Origin: Leucoraja ocellata
Taxonomy: Eukaryota
Assembly (NCBI GenBank): GCA_036785375.1
Contig: JAWMAR010000026.1
Location: 8,494,001 to 8,558,000 of the forward strand
Reading direction: 5' to 3'
Length of the DNA stretch: 64,000 nucleotides
This document shows positions 49,101 through 63,269 of the stretch, piece by piece. Under the pieces are notes generated by a model. That model saw only the letters and a program-made list of their open reading frames with translations, did not search any database and was not told where the DNA came from. The translations under genes and the position numbers were made by a program. Position 1 is the stretch's first letter. Each line of letters opens with the position of its first letter.

Positions 49101-50539
49101 TCTCTGTGGTTTCTTGTGGTACCATATGTTGGTCCAGGATGTCAGGGAACAGGAAAGGGAGAGGAAGACTGTTTTCACCCTCAATCTAAACTATTAGACA
49201 GGAAGAGCAGCAAACCATTCTCATATCCCGTCACATCTCAGAACCCAGCTTATTTTCCTCATTACAGCAACAGCAAAGACTCAGTGTGACATATCACTTT
49301 CAAGCCACATCCGTTTGACTATCTGTGGGTTAATTAGTCAATTCCTACAGCGTTTTAAAGGTTGAATATAGAGATTAAAGTCCTTTCCCAGTTTACCACC
49401 TGCCAATCTTTCTGTCTCATCATCACACAAGGTCCATTAAAATATTCTCTATTTGAAATAAACAAAAAAACATCAGAAGTGATTCTAATTAGGCTGAGGC
49501 TTGTTTGATTAATGCTGATCTAATATTGTTATTCAAAGAAAAAAATATTTTCATGTCCAGGCTGGAACTAGAGAACAGTACACACAGGGATTGTGCTGAA
49601 AATAGCTTGTCCATAAAACAGTTGTGGAGAAGGACTTTCTATTTAAATAGTAAATTTAATGAGTGAGATGCCTCCATCCTTCATCTCTTTCTGTGCCCTG
49701 AAAGCTGCTTTAGTGTTTTTGAAATATATATTTGGTTACAATATACCAGCCAATTATGCACTACAAAATCCTGCTGTGTAGCAATGAGATCAATGACCAG
49801 ATAACATTATTTTAATGAGTGTAAACCAAAAGCAGTGCCATGGTGTTAAGATATTGATAAAGACACATGCAACTGCTTGATTGAACTCTCTCTTTCAGGT
49901 TGCTCTCATTAATCTATCAACAAGACAGTTTCTTAAACACTGTATCACGCTAACATTCCATTTCCCCCATTCATCTTACACCCCCCACCATCTCTGCTGC
50001 AACTCAAAACAAACACGATTCCCAGATGTGATCAAAGAATGTCAACCTGAAAAATGTCTCCCGCCACCAAGGCCGCCTGACCGCTGAATGTTTCCAGCAT
50101 TTTTTGTCGTTCCTTCTGCCTTTAGTGATGTTAATTTGGGGGCAAACTTCCCTATGAAATATAGCCAGGCATTGTTCACCCCTTCATGTGAGAGTACCTG
50201 GTTTACCATAAACCACAGGCTTGAACTACGCAGTTGGCCTCCATCACTCAGAGATGAGAGACTCTCCAGCAAGCCGCAGTTGGCAAGTTGAAAACACAAG
50301 GTTGTCTGGGCACACTTCCAAAGGATCCAGCCATCGTGCTTTTCCATCTGAGTTCACAGAATCCCAAAATAATGAAATGGATGCCAAGCCTCTTGCTGGT
50401 TTGTCTCAACCCTTCCGAGGGCAAACACCATGCTTCATTATGATGTGCTTAACTGCCTGATTTAGGACGCCTTTAATTCTGGAAAGCACATCAAACTCCT
50501 TCAGTTATTAGAGAGCAACAACAGAGTTGTACAATCCAA

Positions 50540-52100
50540 TAATTAATTTGACCCTTTTTCATATCCATACTGATCCAACTTGCCTGTATCAGGACCACAT
50601 CCTTCCATATCTTGCCTTTTTAAGTGCCTGTCTAAATATCGGTGTGATAGTAATAATTGGATCTGATTCCACCACCTTCTCCACAGCACATTCCAGATAT
50701 CAATCTCTGTGCAAAATGAATTACCTCTTAAATTCCCTTGAGAACTTCTGCATCTCACCTTAAACCCGTGTCAATTTAATTTGATTCGGAATATTTCCTT
50801 TCTGTAAATCTTCTATCGGATCACTTCTCAGCCTCCTTCACTGCATGGGGAACAAGCCCAGCCTATCCAAACTCTTCCCGTAACTAAACACCTCCAATCA
50901 AGACAACATCCTGGTGACTCTCCTCTGTACTCTCTTCAGCACAACCACATTCGTTCTATTGCGTAGTGACCACAACTATACAGAATACTCCAATTCACCT
51001 GTGTGTAATAATGAATGTTGAAGAGAGCATTTGGTAGGGTGCAGACTCTCCTCTCGGATGCTAACATCCAAAGGTTAATTTAATATTCCGACCTTATTTC
51101 TCTCCCTTCTGCTCGGAAGTTGCTTACGCCTCTCTAGGTGCCAACAACAGCATGATAGAGTCACAGAGTCACTGAGTATGGAAATAAAGAATTCAGCACA
51201 CCAGGTCCATGCCAGCCAGTGGGCATCCATTCATATCAATCCGATCTTCAAGTACTTGGCTCTTAGCTTTCTATGCTTCTTTCTGGCAGTGTGTTCCAGG
51301 TACTCACTACTCTCTTCAGATCCCCTTTAAACCCTTTACCTGAAATCTATTTCATCTAGTTTTATCTGGGCAAATGTTTCCTGCAGTCCACCCTATCTAT
51401 ACCCTTCATAAGTTTACCTCAATCCTGTCCTTTCTGAAACTTTCCTACTCTTGGGAATGCAAACCCTGTCTCCAGTTTCTCAAAACGGAATAGCTCCATC
51501 CTAGGGTATATCCCGATGACTCTCCTCTGCACCAATTATAACACCACCACCTATTTGATACAAGACTAGTGCACGAGAGTGCTGTTGAGGCAAAATGGCA
51601 ACCATCTAAGTTTTTTACAGAGAATGGTTGAAATCTGGCATCATGGCACAGGAGGTGGTGGAATCAAATACAATTATTATGTTTTAAGAGACATTTAGAC
51701 AATTAAATAAGTAAGGCATAGATCCATTGCAGGCAAATAAGATTATTCTCTCTGGACCATAGAATAATGAGGGGTGACCTTGAAGAGGGACACAGATAGG
51801 GTGTATATTTACAGCCTTTTTCCCAGGATAAGGGAATAGAGGGTATAGTTACAGCCTTTTTCCCAGGATAGAGGACACAGGTCTAAGGTGAGAGGAAAAC
51901 TTTTAAAGGAGATCGGAAGAGTTTTTTCACAGAGGACGTTAATATTGAATGAACTGCCAAGCAGGTAATGGAGGCTGATGCAATTACATCATTTAAAAAG
52001 CATTTGGACAGGTACGTGATGGGGAAGGCATCGAGGAATGCAGGCTTAATGCAAGCAAATATGATTAGCATATATAGGCCCCATGGTTGGCATAGTCATG
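50540..52100. mobile_element. Several decayed CR1 3' ends in both orientations
   Basis: Recurrent 3'-end motifs (ttcacagag, atttaaaaagcatttggacagg and reverse complements). Confidence 0.65.
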
Positions 52101-53639
52101 ATGAGATGAATGATTGACTGATTTGATTCGATAATTCTATGATTCTATGCAACAAGAAGGCAGCTAACATTGCCCACACTGCCTTGGCCACGCTCCCATC
52201 TTGCTGAAACAATTGGAAAGAAGGTACAGGAATCTGAGAACTATTACCTCCAGGTTCAAGAATAACTTCTTCCAATCAACCATCATCAGGCTTTTGAACC
52301 ACCTTACACAACCATAACCACAGCAATGAATGGACTTTGCTTAAATTTGCACTTCGTATTTCAGCTTTCAATATTACGGTGTGGGCAACTGGTATAATCC
52401 TGATGCACGTGACAATTCAATATTCTTCACTTAACTCTTGACTCTATTAAGGCACAGAACAGTGCTCCAGCCACTGCGGAGCTGGAGCAGTGGAGGATCG
52501 GGTGGGGGTTATACACCCAGTGAGGAACACAAATTCATGCACAGACTGATTCCAGCCTTTTCAAGTGAAATCTCTGTGTGCATTCACATGAGCACTGAAC
52601 ACCTCCAATGCCCAACTCCAGTTGGGTCAGTCAGCCCTAGGCCTGCCGCTGGTGTTGTGAAAGCTGCCCCAATTCTCTGCCCCTCCACCAGTGCCTTGCT
52701 TGCTTTGTCCTTGCCGCTCGGTATCCCAGTCATTTAACAAGACCTAGAGCTCCACCTTTTCTCTCTCCTTCCATGGTCAGCAGGAAGGATAGCCATGTAC
52801 CTCTGTGCACACCAGTTCACTAACACCTTCCTTGTGAGGGGATTGTTGTTTGACAGACTTTATTCTGGTGTTTGATGCATGAAACACAGCCGTTTCCTGA
52901 AGCAGCATGACTTCAAACCTTTTCATTCTTCTCCCAGAGCTTTTGTTCTATTCATGCCGCTCAGAATAAAGTAGCACGGCAATGACCACAGAGTTCAGAG
53001 ATGTCTCTTTAACCTCAATGATATACTGCTGCTGGCACAGATTTTTTATTAGCTCTTGTCTGCTGGCACAGCCTTCCTCATCAGGCCAGCCTTCCTCATC
53101 AGATGCTGAATTTTCTGTCACATATTTTACTCCCCCTTGCTTTCATTGCCAACCTTCACATCAGTGATGTTGGAATCTGCCTGTCTCAGAACTAATTTCA
53201 ATCTCTGAAACTTGATGTGATCTTTCCATCACTTTGCAAAGTTCCCCAGCTGCTTAGGCGAGGAGACCCACGTGTTGAGTTATTGACCTTTCTCACCCAG
53301 GCTTGAGAAGTTCCTTGTGAAATCTAACCATCCTGCCGGGATGAACAGGCCTAACTCATAGATTCATCGCCTTGGAGCAGATTTCCAGGGTCGATCAGAA
53401 TCGTGGTACCTGGTAACACGGAAAGGGAGGACCAGAAAGCACATCTCCCTCTGTGGAAACGTGTGGCATCGGGTCCCTCACAGGACGCAGCCCAGCCAAA
53501 ATTTGATGTACTGAGGTACCGTGCATTCCCTGGAGGTCTGAATGGACACATCCAGCAATGTATCAATGTCATCTAGAAGAGGCCAGCCCTGGAATGCAAA
53601 CAAGATGGGAAAAGTGAAAGTAGTGAACCACAGGTCAGT

Positions 53640-54200
53640 GAAATTGACCAAACATCATCAACTATCGAGATTCTATGTTGTCTCGCCTTGCCAGCCCCTT
53701 CCAACCTACATCAAGACACTTCACACGCACTCCACCACCTGAATAACCTCCAATTTCAAGGACCATATAGCTTCATCTTTACCATGGATAACCAGTCTCT
53801 TAAGACCTCCATTCCTCATCCAGAAGGTCTAAGGGCCCTCCGGTTCTTCCTTCAACAGTTTGCTTCAACAAATACTCTCCCCCAATTGGTGGAACTTGTC
53901 CTCACCTTTAATAGTGTAATTCCTGATTTGTTTCCACAACATCAAGGATTGCATTGGGGCTGCCTCCTGCATCTATGCAAACTCAGTGATTTCATCGACT
54001 TTCCTCTTTCCCGACCTTCCTATCTCCATTACAGGGGATAGACAATCGCCTGACATTGACTGACAAACCCATTGACTTCAACAGCTACCTTTTCTACACC
54101 TCCTCCCATCCTGCCTCTTGTAAGGACACCACCCCTTACCCTCAATTAATCCGTGTCCACTGCACTTGCTCCCAGGATGTCCTCTTCTTTCAAACGTTAT
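53640..54200 (+). mobile_element. Degenerate Penelope-like RT fragment
   Basis: FIFTMDNQSLKTSIPHPEGLRALRFFL resembles the PLE RT motif A region; KP...SYL.Y.SSHP.SCK..PY.Q.IR downstream. Confidence 0.75.
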
Positions 54201-54739
54201 GGGGAGAAGGCAGAAGAATAGGGTTGAGAGGAAATGATAGATCAGCCATAATCGACAGAGTAGACTCGATGGGCCTACTTCTGTTCCCATGACCCATGAC
54301 GTGTGGTAGCAGGCCTGGTTTGCTGCTGCCAAGAAGGGTCCGGCGAGCCTCTGCCTACAGGGGGAAGATCGGAACAAAGGATACCCCGGGAACCCTGGGA
54401 CACAGAGGCAGTCAGCGGAGGAGAGGGAGGTTTGGTCACAGGCCTGCAGCAGCCTAGGGATTACCTGACCTTACCTGGATCGGGGGCGCTCCAGTAGTCC
54501 CAGCATGTGGACTGAACTTTGTGGTTAGGACTTTTTTTTTCTTTTTTTCTTTGTAAACATCAACAAAATATGGCAACTCTGCATTTGTGGGTTGTGCAGA
54601 ATAATTTCACTGTGCTGTGCATATGTGATGATAATGAACCATTGGGCCATTGAATGTAGGGGGAGTGAGGGGGAGGGAGAGATAGGTGCAATGTCAGCTG
54701 GGCTCAGGGAAGGGGAGGGGGAAGAAATGGGGTGGGAGT

Positions 54740-55465
54740 ATATCTGGTGCACCCAATGTGGCCTCCTGTATATCAGCGAGATCAAGTGTGGACTCGTTGA
54801 CCGGTTCTCCAAACACTTGCACTCGGATATTTATTATCCAAGACCTGCAGGAATTCTTGAATGAAAATCATTCCCATATTGACCTTTCTGTCCTGGACCT
54901 TTCCACCAGTGAAGCCACATGCAAACTGGAGGAACAGCGTCTCATATTATGCTTGGGTCCCTTACAACCCAACCGCTGTGAACATTACATTTTCCAACTT
55001 TAGGTGAACTCGACAAAACACTTCTTCGCTTTCTGCCCCATAACCCCCCCCCCTGCCTTTTTTCCACCCCCCTCCCATGTGTCCCAGCCGACCTTGCACC
55101 TACCTCTCCTCTTCCCTCCCCTCCACCTACATTCCTTCCCCTAGCTACTCAATTTGCACCTCATCAATCCTCTAGCTTCACAATTTGCAACTCACACCTT
55201 GTGTGTGTTCACTTATAGCATTAGTCCAACCCTCTGCCTATCAAACCCCCCCCCTTGCCTATGTTCACCTATGACCGGCTATGTTTTGTCTTACTCCTCC
55301 ATTCTTCTCGTTGATTCCTCCCAACCCAGCAATCTGCTAGAAGAAGGGTCCAGACCCGAAACGTCACCTATCCATATTCTCCAGAGATGCTGCCTGAGCC
55401 TGTGCCTGTTACTCCAATATTTTGTGTCTTTCTTTGGTAAATGAGCATGTGTAGTTCTCTGTTTT
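54740..55465 (+). mobile_element. Degenerate Penelope-like GIY-YIG plus pLTR
   Basis: YIWCTQCGLLYISEIK, KLEEQRLILCLG, then a decayed hammerhead gaagaagggtccagacccgaaacgtc at about 55340-55365. Confidence 0.8.
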
Positions 55466-57035
55466 TACATTCTCCCCTTATGCACAATGAATTTGAGATG
55501 TCTCAAAGGAATTGTGAATGAGTAAGGAAAATCCCTGCGATCTGCAGTAAAGCAGAAGCTAATGTTGGCTGACCCAAACTGTTTGAACATTGCCAAGGGA
55601 ATTTCACATCTGAGCAACACCTGGAGCTGATGTTGGAGGTTAATGCTGCAGAATATTATTCTCATTCTGATTTGGAAACCATTTACTTGGTAATTTTTTC
55701 CTCTCATCCCCACACAAACGATAATCCTATTTCTAAATCTTTATTATTGCTGTGGTTCAACAGATCAGAGGGAGCCTGGAAATCAAATGCTTCAGTTCTG
55801 CAGAATTTTGGATACTCCCCATCCGCAGTATTTTGTTCAGGTCTGGGCATCACATCAGAGTGAGAATTAATTTTATTTGTTACACAATATGAAGCCACTA
55901 GAATGGGTTAACACAGCACAAAGCACCTCGTGGTTCTTGTCTTAACCATGAAAGAGCAGAAAAAGCACTCAATATCCTTTCTCTAATGGAATATAAAATA
56001 AATCATCTGGCCTGTCGACCAGTAGGATGGTAATATGATCTAGTGCTGTAATGATCATATTTGTTGGCTCATGTTTATAGGATGAGGTCATATTATATTG
56101 GTCTATATCCACAGCACAGAGAACACATATCCCACTAATGCCTCCTGTCCACCTGCACACATCAGATAGGTCCAGCCTAAAATGACAGGCAGGTGGTCGG
56201 AGAAGACTTTGGGTTTCTGAAAAAAAATCTCCTGTTCCTCGTTCCTCCCAACTCCACTCCTTTTCCTGGCTTTCCTGGATTGGTACATCCCCAGTTCCAG
56301 CTATTTGAATAACTCCTGCTACTTGCATATCCCACCCGTCTCCCATCCCACCCACCTCCCAACAATCATAATTCATCCATCTGTGTCCCAAGCTCTGGAA
56401 TTCGCTCACTAAACACCCCCACACTTTCCTCTATTTCCTCCTGTCAGGTGCTACCAATATAACTCTGTCTATTTACATGGCTTCATCATGTCATTGCATG
56501 TCAATTGCCCGATCATGTCACATAATCCCATCAGCAGCCTCCTTTAGAAGTGGCTCAGTCTTCCGACTCTTACTTGCTCCATAAAACCTCATCTTTTGTT
56601 TCATCCAGTGAGTTTTTGCTGCCTTTTCTGGTACCCCTAAGCAAAAGACCTTGCAAAAGGCACAGAGGTAGCATCTGGGAACAGGATTGAACCCAAGTCT
56701 CTAACTCTATGAGGCAGCAGTTCTACCAGCTGTGCCACTGTGCTGCTCCACACAATCAGACATAAAAGTCATCCAGTTTCTTGTGCTTGGAGATCTGGAT
56801 GTAATTTGCAGCGAGTCTTTAGGCATGCAGTGAGTGAGGTGCTGTTACCTGGGTGTAAAGACCCAGAAGTCGGAAGCATTAGTGTCTTGTGAGATGCCTG
56901 CCTTCTGCAGGGAGTTTTGTTGAAGAAGGATATTTGTTGAGTCACGTAGTCGTACAGCACAGAAGCATACCCTTTGACATACCATCTTCATGCAACCCTT
57001 TTGCCCATCTTTATTAATCCTATTTGACTGCATTA

Positions 57036-57128
57036 TGGGCCTGTCCCACTTAGGCGATTTTTCAGGCGACTGCCGGCGACTGTCAAGTTGACGGCAGTCG
57101 CCTGAAAAACCGGCAACGGGAACGGCGA
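57036..57128. mobile_element. End of a palindromic MITE (PIF/Harbinger-like) running into a gap
   Basis: Begins TGGGCCTGTCCCACTT; internal inverted repeat TTTTCAGGCGACTGCCG / CGGCAGTCGCCTGAAAA. Confidence 0.55.
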
Positions 57129-57326
57129 NNNNNNNNNNNNNNNNNNNNNNNNNNNNNNNNNNNNNNNNNNNNNNNNNNNNNNNNNNNNNNNNNNNNNNNN
57201 NNNNNNNNNNNNNNNNNNNNNNNNNNNNNNNNNNNNNNNNNNNNNNNNNNNNNNNNNNNNNNNNNNNNNNNNNNNNNNNNNNNNNNNNNNNNNNNNNNNN
57301 NNNNNNNNNNNNNNNNNNNNNNNNNN
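57129..57326. other. Assembly gap (198 N)
   Basis: N run. Confidence 1.
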
Positions 57327-58798
57327 GCAGGAATCATGTTGTTACTTTGCAGGACATCCCTGAAACGTTTTGCTTTCTGCTAACTAATCTGTGGAAACTT
57401 GTCCTTGATTGTAAGAATGTGCTCCCCGAAAGGGCGTCATCCACTCTGCCTAACACAAGGATGCCTTCAAAATACCCTCCAGATTTCCAAGCAGAGCACA
57501 AACCAGGCAATTTGGTTTTATAGAATAAATTTCACATTTTAGAGTATATTTTGAAATGTTTCCTCACTGCAACAGACATTTCCTTTTCTTCTACAGCATT
57601 TTAATGGGATCAGTTACAAGTCACATTAAAAATTGAAAGCTTTCTTCACTGAATATACTTAAATAAGTCCCTAATGTGTATGAATGAGGAAATATTTAAA
57701 TTATATGTTAATTTTCATACTTAAAATAGAAATATATAGGACAAATTTGATATTTTCCTGGTTTTAGTTTTTTTTTGTGGGTGATTTTTTTATTGAAATG
57801 GGACAGAAATGTTAATGTAATTTGACACAGGCAGAGGTAAATGGAGGATCATATGGGAATCGGTCCAGGAATTGATGGTGGATTAGACATCTGAGGGGTG
57901 TGAATTCTACCCCTAGAGCGATTGATATCTGGAACTCATTGCCAGAGGAATCAGTTATAATCACCATTTCTGATCGCGATGTAGACAAACACTTAAATAG
58001 GCAAGGATACATTCCTAACATGGGCAAATGGCATCAGAGTAGATGGGCAAAAATGTCGGTATAAACATGGGTGGCGAAAGGGCTTGTTTATTTTCTGTAT
58101 AACTCTGTGACATGGGATGAATGCAAGACTGGCCTTGGCAATGAGAATGGGATAGTCAGTCATATAGCACAGATAAAGCTCCTTTGGCTGAACTCGTCCA
58201 TGCTGACTGGATTGGGTGCCATAATGCAAATAAGACTGGGTGTGGAAATGGGGAGTGGGATGGATTTAGGAATGTGTGGGTCCAGGATGATGTGGTTGGA
58301 ATGGGTGGGAGAATTGGTATAAGAGCCTTTAATTCCCTCAAATCCCTCCCACCATATCCAAACCATCACACAGGAGTGTGATGGGAACTTTCCACTTGTA
58401 TATGCGCAATGCGGACCAAAATAACCCAATCCTAATTTGTCCAACAGCAGCACAAGATTATTGCATTCTATATTGTTTGCAAAAGGTGGTGCAGAAAGTG
58501 TCTTCAAGAACCTGACAAACGGAGAAAAAGGCTACATTTTGTTCACCATTGCTGGGCTACAATCCTAGAACTCTTTATCTGTTGCTTATTTTGGAGTTCC
58601 CCTGAATTCCCTTCACTCTCTCAATGTTGCTTTGATTGTATGTAGTTCTTGAAGGATTTGGAGACTATGGGGAGTGTGCAAAAGCGATTCACCAGAATGC
58701 GGCCTAGTTTAAAGGAATTGGTTACAGGGAGAGGTTGGACAAATTAAGGTTGTTTTATATTGATCATCAGCGGATAATGGGGAGACCTGATAGAACTA

Positions 58799-59116
58799 TA
58801 GGCATTCCCCGACTTAAGTCATGCGCGACTTACATAAGCTTGCACTTACATAAGCAATTCCTTAAGTCCACTACTTTATTTGTGAGTTGCACGTCTCAGT
58901 CATCTAGGCAGCAGCTGTCAGCTGTTTCATGGATGCTCCAATGTGGTTTCCACAACAGAGCTCCCACGTGTTGTCATCATTAGAGCTCCCACATGGTCTT
59001 CATGTCGATTCGTAAAGTTATGCGTGTGCCATAACCATTCCATTTCCAAACGAGTAATGTCTGAATTGCGTACGGGTCTATGGGACGCAACCATTACATA
59101 AGTCAAGGAGTGCCTG
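58799..59116. mobile_element. Tigger/pogo-like MITE inserted in a CR1 fragment
   Basis: TIRs TAGGCATTCCCCGACTTA / TAAGTCAAGGAGTGCCTG; TA on the left flank; splits CR1 text ggagacctgatagaac|tatatt. Confidence 0.75.
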
Positions 59117-59374
59117 CATATATATTTTTGAGGATATGAAGATAATGGAGCGATATAGATCATGTGCAGGCAGAGGAGATTAGTTTAACTTGGTATCATG
59201 TTTGGCACAGACATTAAATGCTGAAGGGGCTGTTTCTGTGCTGTACTTTTCTATCTTCAATATTCTATATCCAAATAAACATGAATAGTAATGGTTGGCC
59301 TTGTTAGCAATACTTCCAACTTGAGAAGGAATAGAAAGGCAGGGAAGTAGATGCAGGAATGGAAGGGGGATAGT

Positions 59375-60602
59375 CAGGGCCAGATTTAGATGAAGAGAGG
59401 CCCTAGGTTATTCCACTTGTGAGGCCCCTCCCACGACGAGAGGAAGATGGAAGAGTCCACCAGATTGGCACCGATGTGCAGCCAAGCGTGGCCAATAAGA
59501 TAAGGGCTGGAAAGCTGCACTTTTTATTTATTGCCAGTGCTAGTGTCGAGTTATCAGCTTAAAACACTATTATTCTGAAATGGAGGGCAAGGAAAATTAC
59601 TGGTGTTGTGTCGAGACTACAGTGTGTTGTGACAGCATATGTAAGAAAGGTCTATGACAGTATCAAAAATATTATACACATTATAGGCCCGTACGAAGCT
59701 TTTCAAAAAGGGGGGGTGGCATGGCAGGATTACAAACATTTTTGGAATAAGTGCACACAGCGCATATCACAAGCGCAAAGCTGAAAGACCCTTGCGACCG
59801 GGGTCCAGGGCCCGCTTAAGGGACCTGGAAGCTCTGGGGTTTTAAATGCTCTCTGGTGCATTTTGAGCCTTATTTTGGAGCATTTTTGCACCAAATTTAT
59901 GACCAATCTTTCAGAAATAATTTTGGTTGAGCAAGAGTAATGAGTGGTTGGAATGGGATGATTGGGGTCATTGTGGTATACATTTTTGTAAATCAAGATT
60001 TGAAGCTGTTCTTGTTTTAATAATCTAGTTGTACTGTAAAATGTTATGTAAAATGTTATAAAGGAGCATGCAAACACTGCAAATAAAATACTGTCATTTG
60101 TTGCAGTAAATAAAACCTTTTTTTAGAAAATGTTTTGTGTGCTGATTTGATTTCCTGTTACAGTTCGACTGTGTTAGTGTGTGCACATTAAAAATATGAT
60201 GCAAAATGAAAGTCGCAAACTATCAAGGAAAAGAAAGCAGTTCCAATTGTTTGATATTATTCATATAGAGAAGAAAATATAATTGCTCCAAAACCTACCT
60301 TAATTTACACCCGGGTCCACTGTGCATGCGCGGAGAGAGCGTCTTTTTGCATTGCCACTGCATCACCGGCTTCCCCCAACTGCAAGGCGCGGATGGTCGC
60401 AATTTTTTCCCCAAAACTTCCATCGGCCGGAACTAGAATTTCAGGTAATTTCCGTCAAAGTGGAAATGCTGATAGCGCTCCAATTTTTCTTTTTTCTCTG
60501 GATTTGTTTTACTCTGGGGAAAAAAACACCTTGGCCGGAGGCCCCCTAGATTTTGAGGCCCTAGGCTACAATCTATGAGGCCTGTAGGTAAATCCGGTCC
60601 TG
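59375..60602. mobile_element. Non-autonomous hAT-like DNA transposon
   Basis: TIRs CAGGGCCAGATTTA (59375) and TAAATCCGGTCCTG (60589-60602), 12/14 complementary; subterminal GAGGCCC repeats at both ends; no 8-bp TSD seen. Confidence 0.7.
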
Positions 60603-61155
60603 CCGAGGCCCCCCTAGATCTCGAGGCCCCAAGCTTAAGCTTGTGAAGCTTATACATAAATCCGGAAAGTGCAGGAAAATGTACTTTGAGAATGAATGCT
60701 GGGCTACCCACAGTCACACGCTGAAGCCCGACAGTTTATTTCTGACTGCATTTCCAGTCTATCCCCCTCCCCCCCTTTCTGTACAGTAACGAGGAGATGG
60801 GGAAAAAATTCCAGATCAGATAAAATCAGATAAAACTAGGAGAAGATAAATAACATCATTATTGCTCACAAAATGTCCGACATAATGAAGAGTTTCACAG
60901 CAGCAGAGGCTTTCACCCCTCAGATAGACTCTGTCTGCCTCTTGTCAGAGTCACCAGTCACTGGTCATCAGGTGAAATGCCATGGCTTATGGATATGTGA
61001 ACCTGATTCAAATTGATTATGAATTGCTGATCAATAATTACCCCTCAATCAATATCACCTACGGTAGTTATCTCTACATTGTCACCTTGCTGTTACCAAG
61101 ACCTTGCTGTGTATGACCACAACTTCTTCAAAAGTGAAACATTCACCATTTATGA

Positions 61156-61159
<4 letters not shown>

Positions 61160-61213
<54 letters not shown>
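61160..61213. repeat. (TC)n microsatellite
   Basis: Perfect dinucleotide run. Confidence 0.98.
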
Positions 61214-61217
<4 letters not shown>

Positions 61218-63269
61218 TGAATTATTCTGCGGTTTCCATGCCGACCAGCTTCTTCACCTGTGTGGTGTGAGGTGGTTAAATCAGATTACATTCAGCGAGG
61301 ACATTCTGGTCACTGACTACCCCTTAGTGACAAGAATCAAACAAACATCTGAGTTGCTAATGGCCCTAATCCCTGAACCAAATGATGTCAACACTCTTTC
61401 ATCAGTCTCTGCAGGCTGCATTTCATCAGGGCTGCTTACCATAAACTTCAGTGCATTCCCTCATTTGTGATTCTCTTTCAAACAGATCAGTGTTCGGGGA
61501 AGAGGTGCCGACTGTTGGATGTGTAACTAATTCGCCATCCACTGAATGAATGATATAAACTTCGCAGTCATCCATGTGGATCAAGGGATAAGACACAATA
61601 CCATCCAAAGTGATGTACATCAAGACCAACAAGAAGGGGTTTAGATCAGGTGGATAGTCAGATTCCTTTTCCCATGTTAAGGAGATCAAATACAAGAGGG
61701 GGCCTTTAAAGTGAGAGGAAGGAATCCTAATAGGGATCTGAGGGGCATGTTTAGTTACACAGAGAATGGCTGATATCTGTGTTCTTGGTTGTTGGTCCTC
61801 CAAAATATTCCAAATGGAATTTAAACCGGAGGTGGCGGAGGGTGGACCAGAGGAGGTAGACAACAATTTGGACAGACAATTAAATAGGCAATGTGCAGAA
61901 GAATACAGACCCAATGGAGGTGAATGAGACTAATTTAATCATCTTCTTCTGCACCGAAAAATCTGCACCAGACCAGTCCTTTTCGATGAATATGATAGGC
62001 AAATGGCTCAGAATGGGCAGGTTGTCTAGAACAGGCAGATGGTGTGGAATGAGCAGATGATCAGGAATGGGCAGATGATCTTCAGTCAGAGTACAGGGTA
62101 TCAATGGTAAGATAGTATGTGAGTAAAAAAGGTACTCATAATTCTAATAACATAAGTATTCTCATAATTCTAACATAAAAGGCCACTCATCCCATCTAGC
62201 CTAAGCCAGCTCTCAGATCATCTGTGCCATTCCTTCACTGATTTCCTCATAACTTGTTGTAATTATAGATTGGAGAAATATACTACCTCCTCCGGCAGCT
62301 TGTTCCAGAAAATTGTACGTAAAACGTACCCCTCAGATTCTCTCCCACACTCCCTTGATACCCCTATCACTTTTCTTCACAGCTGGGGTAATTTACAAGA
62401 ACCATTTAACCCACCGTCCTACTCACCTCTCTCTACTATCTATCACCCCTCTACTCGATCAGTCACTGATTTACAGAAGGGCAAAAAACATGGTCACAGC
62501 AACATTAGCCTAACAGATATACAAAACTATGAGAGGTTTAGAAGGGCTTGTTACCCATGACAGGGCTATTTAAAATTGGAGGGCATAGGTTTGCACAGAC
62601 CAGAAATATGTAGGAGTAAAACGAGAATACATTTCCAATTGGCAGAAGGCAAAGGGAGATGAGGCACAGATAAGTGATCCACACAAGACTCCACAGGAGT
62701 AAGGATTAGGGATTATCACTCTTGGATTAACATGCCTGATTTTATAAAGTTTTCTTGGCCTTATGGCAGACATTGTGCTGGTTAGTGCCAACTTCAGGGA
62801 GATAAGAACACACTGGGAGGTGAACAGTGCGTGACAGGAAAAAATTAATCCAGTAAAGAGTGAAATGCAGGCGCAGCTGTGACCAGAGATATCAGAAGCT
62901 TTCATGAGCTACAGTTAGTGAGCATACAATTGATGTATGCTCACTAACATCAATTGTCAGGCATATTCCTCCCTTTCACTAACTATCTCACTGCAGATTT
63001 CAGTGACTGCATATTCTACAAACACAAAGATATTTTTGGTCTGCCAAAGTATCTTGGAGATGTGAACAGTACACTGACCTCGATGTGTAGCCCCAGGCTA
63101 TCTGGGTAGGTTGCTTGTGTTTCAGCTGGCATTTCCTTTCTTAACCTGCCAAAAGGTATTTGAATAACTTGAACCTTCTGTGAGTTTGATTCTTACACTC
63201 AGGGTCATGAGTCCTTCCTATTCATTCGATCAGAGTGCCTCATAATTCTTTTACAAGTAGGCAGTTAAT

